Source of the DNA: a virus
DNA length: 64,000 bases
Virus record (IMG/VR): IMGVR_UViG_3300047299_000067
Span: 53,306-117,305 of that record
Strand: one strand, 5' to 3'
A program made the translations under genes and the position numbers. Positions within the stretch are counted from its first letter, which is position 1. Every line of letters starts with the position of its first letter. Below, piece by piece: positions 18,824 to 26,660 of the stretch. Below the pieces are notes generated by a model, which ran no database searches, was not told the DNA's origin, and worked only from the letters and a program-made list of their open reading frames with translations.

Positions 18824-19250
18824 GTTTGTTCGTTCTAAAAATTATATCCCAAATAGGGAAAAATAAACCAAAATTACAATTTGTATTTTTGTGATGCAGT
18901 AAGTGCCATCTTCCGGACGTAAATGGATACCAATTTATGTTTTTATTATGTTCTAATTGTTCCTGCAAGACGCTAGCCCACAAATAATAAAATATAAAAA
19001 CCCACCATTGTCCTGTTATAGCACTAAACAAAATAGTAGGCATAACTTCGGTTAGCCATAAGTCTATTGTACTATACCAATTGTCGTTAAACAGGAATAA
19101 GTTATTCCAATGCCAACCAGAGTTGCCGTTTTTGACAATAAACACATGATGGTCCCAATGGAACTTTTGCATAAAAGTTAATTGATGACCTATTCTGTGT
19201 GTCCAATATAGTATAAAAGTCCAGGATAAAAAATAAATTATAAAAGTCAT
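18813..19250 (-). CDS. fatty-acid hydroxylase / sterol desaturase family membrane protein
   Basis: His boxes HRIGH, HWDHH, EH, HLLHH; NFG...WDIIF. Confidence 0.85.
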   Translation of the reverse strand: MTFIIYFLSWTFILYWTHRIGHQLTFMQKFHWDHHVFIVKNGNSGWHWNNLFLFNDNWYSTIDLWLTEVMPTILFSAITGQWWVFIFYYLWASVLQEQLEHNKNINWYPFTSGRWHLLHHKNTNCNFGLFFPIWDIIFRTNKHVD

Positions 19251-20320
19251 AGTATATTATTTAATATACCGGAGCCACTAAAAAATTCCGACCTTAACTT
19301 AATTACTTGATCTTTTATAACAGGAATCCTAGATTTATAATTTTCCATGTGCGTTTGCACAGCGCGGCAAATGTCCGGACGATATGTAGTAAAAGAATTA
19401 TAGTCTTCTGTCCACTTGCTAGGATATTTAAATACAGGACTGTACATTTCGCTATAACTTAATCTATCCGGCACCATAGGGATAGCATCAACTAATGCAC
19501 CTTCATACATGCTAATGCCTAACGTTTCTTGTAAGTTAGCACTAAACACTAATTTAGATTGACCTAACAATGTATGATATTCGTGCTTAGTAAGCTGTTG
19601 CTCTTGGCAAACAACAAACTCATATTGAGGCAAATGCGTTGCAAGGTCTTTAAAAATCTGCAATTGTTTTTCAGGAGCAATACGATGCGGGAATAAGATA
19701 AGATCCCGCTTGGGTAAATTCTTATAAGGAGTAAGTGTGTCTTCCATATACTCCATAGGCCAACCCGAACGAACAATTTTTTTATCTTGTTTAAATTGAT
19801 ACATTGTTCCCATGTTTGTTTTTAATAAGTTATCAACAAACATGTCTATATGAAAATCTGTAGCAAAATAATTGTAGTCGATTGCATGGAAGAATGATTG
19901 CTCAGCATGTCTAACCCAAGGTGCATCACCGATTAGTCTACCGAGGAAGTCTTGCGGATCATAGCTACCGGCGTGCCATAGTGCGTGAATCTTAACAGGA
20001 ATGTTAAGAAGCTCGCTCATGTACTTTAGGTTAATAATGCCCGGATGCCAAGCGTCAGTAAAAAGAAAATGATCACCATGCTTAACGGATCCATTGCAAA
20101 ATAACTCGCCCATTCTCTCAACTTGATTAGCTTTATATATGTTAGTTCCACCAAAATTGAGAAACGCGCCTGGAGTTGTTGCGCTAGGTATATCTTGGCG
20201 TCCAGATATGATTTGAACATTGTGTCCTTCTTTCTCTAGTAAAGCGGGCACGTGAGTTTTCCACTGCCCCGTGTATCGTGTATCTACTGCTTCTAAATCA
20301 ACTAAGAAAATATTACTCAT
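19247..20320 (-). CDS. GT-B glycosyltransferase (GT4-like)
   Basis: FPHRIAPEK, ETLGISMYEG (E-x7-E), PDRLSYSE. Confidence 0.85.
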   Translation of the reverse strand: MSNIFLVDLEAVDTRYTGQWKTHVPALLEKEGHNVQIISGRQDIPSATTPGAFLNFGGTNIYKANQVERMGELFCNGSVKHGDHFLFTDAWHPGIINLKYMSELLNIPVKIHALWHAGSYDPQDFLGRLIGDAPWVRHAEQSFFHAIDYNYFATDFHIDMFVDNLLKTNMGTMYQFKQDKKIVRSGWPMEYMEDTLTPYKNLPKRDLILFPHRIAPEKQLQIFKDLATHLPQYEFVVCQEQQLTKHEYHTLLGQSKLVFSANLQETLGISMYEGALVDAIPMVPDRLSYSEMYSPVFKYPSKWTEDYNSFTTYRPDICRAVQTHMENYKSRIPVIKDQVIKLRSEFFSGSGILNNIL

Positions 20321-20837
20321 CGGTCGGTGTATCCTGTGTATATTGATCCCAGTAAGTGTATTTGTCTTTGCTCATCAAGTCGTGTAAGTGATGAGTCCAT
20401 ACTCCGGGATTAGTGGCACCCCAAGTTTTATCATCTAACTTAAGAGTAGCGTTATAATTAAGTTGATTGATATATGGCAACTTAACACTAATCATGGGGA
20501 CAAATCGTTCGTGTTCGCAATAGCCAGATTCTAGAACTCCCTCGATATGTTCGACTCCAAAGTCCAATGTGACCCAGTATTTTTCTTTAAGACAACCGAA
20601 TATTACATTATCCCATGCATTATATTCTTCTTGAGAAATATTTGCAGGATTAAAACTTTGGCTAGTTCCGAAATAAATTTGTTTAATGTCGGCATCGTTT
20701 TTAGCACGTTGCAGAATATCTTCTAAAGGAGGAGTACCGACTACAAACAAAGTCTTCATACCATAGCAAATAGTATGCTCGACTTCGTATCCGGTAAAAT
20801 AAATTATGTCTTTGCGTTCTTCTGTGTTTAATCCCAT
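20313..20837 (-). CDS. hypothetical protein within the DNA-modification cluster
   Basis: 174-aa ORF overlapping both neighbours. Confidence 0.65.
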   Translation of the reverse strand: MGLNTEERKDIIYFTGYEVEHTICYGMKTLFVVGTPPLEDILQRAKNDADIKQIYFGTSQSFNPANISQEEYNAWDNVIFGCLKEKYWVTLDFGVEHIEGVLESGYCEHERFVPMISVKLPYINQLNYNATLKLDDKTWGATNPGVWTHHLHDLMSKDKYTYWDQYTQDTPTDE

Positions 20838-21742
20838 TTGATGTATCCTCTGCTATAGCCACCGGGTCTGTTTGCACCATCTGCAAATGCCTGTTGCCAT
20901 TCTGTTTCTCTATTATAGCATTTTGTCCAAAAAGAATCAACTTGTAGTTCGCCGGATTTGATCCATGCTACCGCAGTTTCCATGCATTCATGAAATAATT
21001 TTTTTCTGGGACTCGGTCGTACTGTAGATACTGCTTTCCAAAGTAAGTTATCGCTTTCTTTTTTGGTGATAGATCTACCAACTGCGTCGATGACCAAACC
21101 ATTTTCATTGATAATGTTATTTGATTCTAAAAAGTTTGTTTCTTTAAGAACAACCACCACATCATAATTGGTTCCGGGATGTTGCAATAATGTTACTTCT
21201 GCTTGTTCCCAGATATCTTTATTGCTACTACCGACAACGTCGATGCTGAAATCAGTTCCGTGTATAGCAAGAGTTTTGTATGCAACATATGCTAAAAATC
21301 CGGAACCAATAATCAACAAGCGAGGATTGTCGCTAGCATAGCTTCTGCCTTGTAATTCTTCCAAGTCACCCAATATAACATTGATACCGCAAGCGACTGG
21401 TTCTACTATATACTTTGGATTTGCTTCGGGTACAACTACAAACTCGCCGTCCCTAACCGGGTAGCAATCTGCATACGCGGGCTCTCCTCTAGTTGCAACG
21501 TAGTCGCCTATTTTAACATTTGTAAAAACATTAGCGCCGATGTTGATAACTTGCCCCAAGCCCTCGTGCCCTTGCATATGCAAAGGTAACGGACCGAAAG
21601 ATCCTTGCATCATAGCAATATCACTAGTACATACGCCTGTCATGATATTTTTAACGATGATACCATCGTCAATGCTATCGGGACAATCATATTCGGTTTC
21701 AGTAAAGTTACCAGTGCCAGTTGTTTGTAATATTCGTGTCAT
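20828..21742 (-). CDS. Zn-dependent medium-chain (sugar/alcohol) dehydrogenase
   Basis: GVCTSD, GHEGLG, GD.V, EPVAC, IIGSG. Confidence 0.85.
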   Translation of the reverse strand: MTRILQTTGTGNFTETEYDCPDSIDDGIIVKNIMTGVCTSDIAMMQGSFGPLPLHMQGHEGLGQVINIGANVFTNVKIGDYVATRGEPAYADCYPVRDGEFVVVPEANPKYIVEPVACGINVILGDLEELQGRSYASDNPRLLIIGSGFLAYVAYKTLAIHGTDFSIDVVGSSNKDIWEQAEVTLLQHPGTNYDVVVVLKETNFLESNNIINENGLVIDAVGRSITKKESDNLLWKAVSTVRPSPRKKLFHECMETAVAWIKSGELQVDSFWTKCYNRETEWQQAFADGANRPGGYSRGYIKWD

Positions 21743-22629
21743 AGATTTTCTATCTGTTCGTGAATCCAAATATCCTGTGCAAACTGCTCTTGCCAGAACT
21801 CATTATTATTTAGGTTAGCGATTGCATTTTCTACCATTGCTTTATAAGCGCTTTCCGGACACAAACCTAGTTCATGTCTCACGGCAGAATTTTTCATACT
21901 AAATGAAATACTACTGTCATCATGATCTAAATTAGTTTTCCAATTAGACGTTAGTATCCACGTAGTATTTCCATGTTTGAATTCGAAGTGACAGAAGTCA
22001 TCGACATCGTAAGTGCCATCAGGATTGACACTGCCGTAATCAGTATTATGAATATCCTTGAGTTCATAGTTCTGTGTTGCGTATCCTTTTAGTTTAACGC
22101 CATTTTTGTAGTCAGTCAATGCACAATAATAACTTAGCATATGCGGCATTAAATCTCTACTAACACCGCCAAATGCTAAACTCTTTGTAGTGAACCAACT
22201 TCCGGGTTGAGGAATGCGATTAGCATTATTCCATCTAATATATATTCTTTCGCTTTGATCTGCAAGTTGCTTAAACTGATTGATCTCTTGCCTAAATTGA
22301 TTATTCTTAACCATCATAAAACGAGTATCAGGATAATCAATACAAAGTTGGCGCCAAGCGTCACTTGATGCTACTCCGGGTTTTTCGATAAAAACAATTT
22401 TACTAAGGGCGGCAACTTTTCTCGCTAACTTTATATGAGTAAAGTTTGGTGTACAAATATTTACAGTGTCGAATTTACCGTGTACGCGGATAGCATCTTC
22501 TACAGCTAAAAAATCAGCTTGTTTAGATGCATCCATATCAACGGTAATGACTTCATAACCAAGTTGCGTTAGCACGGGCAGATATACCGCCCGGCCAAAA
22601 CCCAATCCAATTATAAGAGCTTTCTTCAT
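21739..22629 (-). CDS. Gfo/Idh/MocA family oxidoreductase
   Basis: IIGLGFG, ICTPNFTH, IEKP, GGVSRDLMPH, VDD. Confidence 0.85.
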   Translation of the reverse strand: MKKALIIGLGFGRAVYLPVLTQLGYEVITVDMDASKQADFLAVEDAIRVHGKFDTVNICTPNFTHIKLARKVAALSKIVFIEKPGVASSDAWRQLCIDYPDTRFMMVKNNQFRQEINQFKQLADQSERIYIRWNNANRIPQPGSWFTTKSLAFGGVSRDLMPHMLSYYCALTDYKNGVKLKGYATQNYELKDIHNTDYGSVNPDGTYDVDDFCHFEFKHGNTTWILTSNWKTNLDHDDSSISFSMKNSAVRHELGLCPESAYKAMVENAIANLNNNEFWQEQFAQDIWIHEQIENL

Positions 22630-24170
22630 TGGATATTTTTTAGAATGTTGTCGGCTACTTCTTCATCCCAGCTTTCGACAATATCAGAATCGTTGTTGTT
22701 GCCAAAATCTTTCTTTTCGACTACTTCGGGTTGGAAGAAGAGATCGGAAAACGCTGCGTTGGATGATTTCAAACTCTTTTTACCGTTTAAGTCCGCTAAC
22801 AAATGTTGAGCTTTATCTAATTCGGTATACGGAGTTTCGCTATTAAACACGCGGTCGACTAACTCCACTGCATAAATCAAGTTGCGAGGAACCCAGTTGC
22901 TAATTTCTCCGCCTTTGGTTTTGTGCCAAAAGCTAGGATCCGGTTTATTCAACCCGCAAGCAGTGTCGCTTAGTGCATTAGCACGTTGCACAGATTCGAT
23001 ATGTTGATAAATGTTATGACCCATCATCATAAAGTAACTAAAGCTATCCCAAGATGTTTTGCTTTCTTTGCCTAACTTGTTCAAGTCGCCCGGCTTGTAC
23101 CAGCATACATCACCCATGTTCATACGTTCGCCGATTGGACTAGTCCATGGCCACGGAATTTGGCTACCACTCATCTTACGATTGTCGATTGCTTTATCCA
23201 TAATATAACTAAAACGTTTATTAGTATGAACGTGCTGTGTATAGACTTGCCCGTATGCTGTTGCTAAGAATGGACTTGCACAGTCAAACGTCACTTTCAT
23301 ATTTGGATTGATTGTTTTTTTGATATTACGTTGGATAGCAGTTAAAATAACTGCAAGCTCGAGTTTACTTGTACCCAAGAAGTGAATAACATCACGACCA
23401 GGTTCGAGTAACTTTTCGTCTCGCAACTTAATCAACCGGCGCAACATCAAGTCAATGTCCTTCATGTTGTTGCCTCCCATCGCCCAGCCTTCGAACGGAT
23501 AATGCTTAACCGCTTCGTACCAAATCTCGGCATCGGCGTTGTTTCCGCCTTGCAAAACGTTTAAGAACTTAGTCTTACCTTGCCGATGTTTTAAGAAGAA
23601 GTCATTGTTAAACAATGTCCCTCTTAAGCAATCATTAAAGTCTTTAAGCCCTGTTCGCGCTTGGTTGATTGGCGCAGCACTCCATGTTGGTAAATCGAGT
23701 ACCATGCTGTAATCAGCAGTATGCTCGAGCCAATTGAGAATAGCCATACGAGTTTTATCTGCTTTACCGATGTAACCCGCATCGCCTTGTTTTTCCCAAA
23801 AATGCTCCCAGTCAAAATTGATAACACCTTTACCAATTTGGAATCCACCAGAGTCACCTAAGATAAAGTTGTTAGCTTTATCTCTGCCCTGGATCATAGA
23901 TTCTTCTACATCACTTTTAGCGATGTCAAGTTGAGCATGTCCTGCAGAATATAGTGCGTCTGGGTAATAGAAATATGCTTCTTCTTTATTTAAAAAGTTA
24001 AAGCCTTCTATACCGTTTTCGCATTCTGCAGGAATTCTGCTGGTTGGTACGAATTCGCTTTGCTGTTGCTTACTAACAAACGTTTGATAAAAACTACTAA
24101 TACTTGGAAGAAATACTGCGTAGTCTTTATTACGTTCTTTAAGATCGACTTTTGTTTTTTTACTTGCCAT
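22626..24170 (-). CDS. dpdA: DpdA/TGT-like guanine transglycosylase (7-deazaguanine insertion)
   Basis: TGT signature GDSGGFQ, MVLDLP, VLQG, GWAMGG, IHFLG, TFDCAS; lies with folE/queE. Confidence 0.75.
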   Translation of the reverse strand: MASKKTKVDLKERNKDYAVFLPSISSFYQTFVSKQQQSEFVPTSRIPAECENGIEGFNFLNKEEAYFYYPDALYSAGHAQLDIAKSDVEESMIQGRDKANNFILGDSGGFQIGKGVINFDWEHFWEKQGDAGYIGKADKTRMAILNWLEHTADYSMVLDLPTWSAAPINQARTGLKDFNDCLRGTLFNNDFFLKHRQGKTKFLNVLQGGNNADAEIWYEAVKHYPFEGWAMGGNNMKDIDLMLRRLIKLRDEKLLEPGRDVIHFLGTSKLELAVILTAIQRNIKKTINPNMKVTFDCASPFLATAYGQVYTQHVHTNKRFSYIMDKAIDNRKMSGSQIPWPWTSPIGERMNMGDVCWYKPGDLNKLGKESKTSWDSFSYFMMMGHNIYQHIESVQRANALSDTACGLNKPDPSFWHKTKGGEISNWVPRNLIYAVELVDRVFNSETPYTELDKAQHLLADLNGKKSLKSSNAAFSDLFFQPEVVEKKDFGNNNDSDIVESWDEEVADNILKNIQ

Positions 24171-24217
24171 ACATCACTCCTTTGTCGGAGATAGTATTTA
24201 GGTTTATTAAATTAAAA

Positions 24218-24574
24218 TTAAGCACTAACGTATCCGCTACCTGTATATTTCATAGCAGGAGCCAATTCCGGCCACGGGCTTTTGTATAGCCCAACGTGAA
24301 TTTTTAATTTCTTTGGAGTACGATCTCGAGTAATTTGAATACTAACATCGTATGTGTAGCTTTGTTCTTTTAAAACAACTTCTCCGATTTCATAATCGTG
24401 AATCCAGTTGTCGCCACGCATATCACTTAGATATGCTTGGAACATGTCTGCTGCAAGATGTCCCAATCCATCTTGCAAGATTCCATCATACATTTCTGCA
24501 ATCTTTAACAAGTCATACTTGATATCATTGATATTGATCATAGCACGACTAACGGCATTATGATATTGGTTCAT
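24218..24574 (-). CDS. hypothetical protein
   Basis: 118-aa ORF. Confidence 0.6.
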   Translation of the reverse strand: MNQYHNAVSRAMININDIKYDLLKIAEMYDGILQDGLGHLAADMFQAYLSDMRGDNWIHDYEIGEVVLKEQSYTYDVSIQITRDRTPKKLKIHVGLYKSPWPELAPAMKYTGSGYVSA

Positions 24575-24584
24575 TGTACGAACT

Positions 24585-24959
24585 TTAGCTTTTGTTGTAT
24601 TGAATGTGGCATCCATTTTCATTATCCTCACTTACATCGATCCAAACATCTCGGTTTGGGTATTTTTTATTGATCTCTGCATAGAGATCATCTGCAATCA
24701 TTTCGCAACTTTTATAATCTAACTCAAGTATAGCACCTTCGTATAAATGTTGCAACCAGCGTTTGAATTGAATAAACTCAATATCCCTATCATCGTGAAA
24801 GACTTCGATAGCAACTTTAAAGTGAAAAATATGACGATGCGGATAGCCTAAAAAGCTAACGTCATACTCGTCACCTGTTGCTAATTTAGGATCTGTTAGT
24901 GCCGCCGGATATTTGTGTATGCCTTCCTTTTGAAAGCGAACCCAAATCATTTTACGCAT
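24585..24959 (-). CDS. QueD-like T-fold protein, DpdL-like (putative CDG decarboxylase)
   Basis: LGYPHRHIF (LxxxHRHxF in place of QueD CxxxHGH), SCEMIA, VSED. Confidence 0.65.
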   Translation of the reverse strand: MRKMIWVRFQKEGIHKYPAALTDPKLATGDEYDVSFLGYPHRHIFHFKVAIEVFHDDRDIEFIQFKRWLQHLYEGAILELDYKSCEMIADDLYAEINKKYPNRDVWIDVSEDNENGCHIQYNKS

Positions 24960-24961
24960 GC

Positions 24962-25210
24962 TTAACTCCACTTTTCGATACTTGGGTACTTTGGTGCAGC
25001 CGGTTTAGAAGAAACTTTAGGAGTTTCGATAACTGCTGCCAATTCTTCTGTTTCGAATTCTTCTTGAGAGGGTTGAGCTTTTTCTGCTTCAGTGTCCTCT
25101 GACTTGATAATCAATTTATGAAAGTTCCACAACTTCCAGTCAATTGCTTCCATGAAGCTTTCAATTCGTTGCAAGCTCTTTAGCATTGCTTCTGCTTGTT
25201 CTTTATCCAT
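24962..25210 (-). CDS. hypothetical protein with DWKLW motif
   Basis: IDWKLW; motif shared with the next ORF. Confidence 0.6.
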   Translation of the reverse strand: MDKEQAEAMLKSLQRIESFMEAIDWKLWNFHKLIIKSEDTEAEKAQPSQEEFETEELAAVIETPKVSSKPAAPKYPSIEKWS

Positions 25211-25215
25211 TTTTA

Positions 25216-25455
25216 TTATCCTTTAAATTGATTTTCATCAAATTCATACCCGTTATCCTCGGCGATATTTTTCATCACGCCCATAATGACCCACAGCTTC
25301 CAATCCATGCGATGCATGTATTCGGATTGCTTTCTAAGTTCATTAAGGATTTCTTCTTGATAGTTGATTTGTGGCGTTGGTTCTGTATCTGCAACCACTT
25401 CTGGTTTTGCTTTAGCAGAACGCTTTACAGGCGTTAGTTTCTTTTCGGTTGCCAT
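25216..25455 (-). CDS. hypothetical protein with DWKLW motif
   Basis: MDWKLW. Confidence 0.6.
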   Translation of the reverse strand: MATEKKLTPVKRSAKAKPEVVADTEPTPQINYQEEILNELRKQSEYMHRMDWKLWVIMGVMKNIAEDNGYEFDENQFKG

Positions 25456-26192
25456 TATCGTGTGTGTCCTGGAAGGATATAGTTATACACACCAACGCCG
25501 CTGTCGATGGTAATCATACAAGCTACTTGGCTAAAATGCACACGGCATTCGCCACCCATACCAAGTTTCATAATTGCTAAGAACTTGTCGATAGGCCATG
25601 CATAGCCTTCTTTCATTGTGCCGGATACGTTGGCTGCAAACGTCATACGACCAAAGTGGCTACCGCCAGTATCGCTACCGAAGATAAAAACTAAATTGCC
25701 GTTTTCTGTTTTAACAATAAACGTTGGCTCAATGCCACTGTAAATGCCGGCTTTTTGTGCCATCTCACTTACTTTGCTTTTCGTAGGTTCAAACTCTACG
25801 TCCCACTTAACACCTTTGAACTTGCTTTGCTGCAACTGCTCGTCGATGATTTCTTTACTCATCAAGCGATACTTGTCGCTGTTGCCATCATTATCCTTAA
25901 ACTGAATGTAGTCGGGAATAATAGCACCGTTCTTAGTTGTGGTTAAAACTTCTACTTTGCTGCCTTCTTTATTATAAAGACCGCTTAGTCCGTTTAGGAA
26001 GCCAAGGTTACCTAAACCTACTTCACCGATAAGCTCACCGTTTGGTGTCTTAAGTTTTGCGTCTAATACCACTGTCCGTTTTTCGTCACAGGTCCAAACT
26101 TCTGTGTCTGTGTCTGTTCCTGTAATTTTAGCCAAGTCGAAAAAGCCGAGGCTGGCAGTGTGTCTAACGATGTCAAAGATTGCATCTTTCAT
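25455..26192 (-). CDS. putative DNA polymerase sliding clamp (gp45-like)
   Basis: 245 aa, beta-rich two-domain pattern, C-terminal YNYILP, near the polymerase. Confidence 0.55.
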   Translation of the reverse strand: MKDAIFDIVRHTASLGFFDLAKITGTDTDTEVWTCDEKRTVVLDAKLKTPNGELIGEVGLGNLGFLNGLSGLYNKEGSKVEVLTTTKNGAIIPDYIQFKDNDGNSDKYRLMSKEIIDEQLQQSKFKGVKWDVEFEPTKSKVSEMAQKAGIYSGIEPTFIVKTENGNLVFIFGSDTGGSHFGRMTFAANVSGTMKEGYAWPIDKFLAIMKLGMGGECRVHFSQVACMITIDSGVGVYNYILPGHTR

Positions 26193-26232
26193 TGAATATC
26201 TCCTTTACTGAGATTATAAGGTAAAAAGTTAG

Positions 26233-26619
26233 TTAAATCAACACGTATCTTGCCAAAATAATCATAACGATAAATGTTTGGTGATGTGCAAATTGTTCGG
26301 CGCCAAGCCATTGCCAATAATTCTTATCCTTGTATGATTGTGCTCCAAATTTCATATGGACCCAATCAATGTGATAATGTAAAATGGCTTCTAAAACAAC
26401 TAACCCTAAAGTGAGGTCTAAATCAAAATCTAATATTAGACCAACCACCAGCGTGCCAAACGCATGGTGTATTATGTGTATGAAACTATTTATAGATCCA
26501 TACCTAATTTTGCTTGCAGAAATCGCGGCAGTTTGTAAAACATACTCGCATATAAAATGCTTTAAGTTTAACAAGACGGCGAAGGTAATAAGAGTAAAAG
26601 CTAAAGGAGATGTTGCCAC
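26233..26619 (-). CDS. DUF3307-like membrane protein
   Basis: KHFICEYVLQ, H...H, HYHIDW, LGAEQFAH. Confidence 0.7.
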   Translation of the reverse strand: MATSPLAFTLITFAVLLNLKHFICEYVLQTAAISASKIRYGSINSFIHIIHHAFGTLVVGLILDFDLDLTLGLVVLEAILHYHIDWVHMKFGAQSYKDKNYWQWLGAEQFAHHQTFIVMIILARYVLI

Positions 26620-26660
26620 ATAATTATTTACTCGCAGAACCTACCAAGTTAAGTTATATT

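Noticed and set aside
24585-24959. Calling the T-fold protein canonical QueD
   Set aside because: It lacks the catalytic CxxxHGH and has LxxxHRHxF instead.
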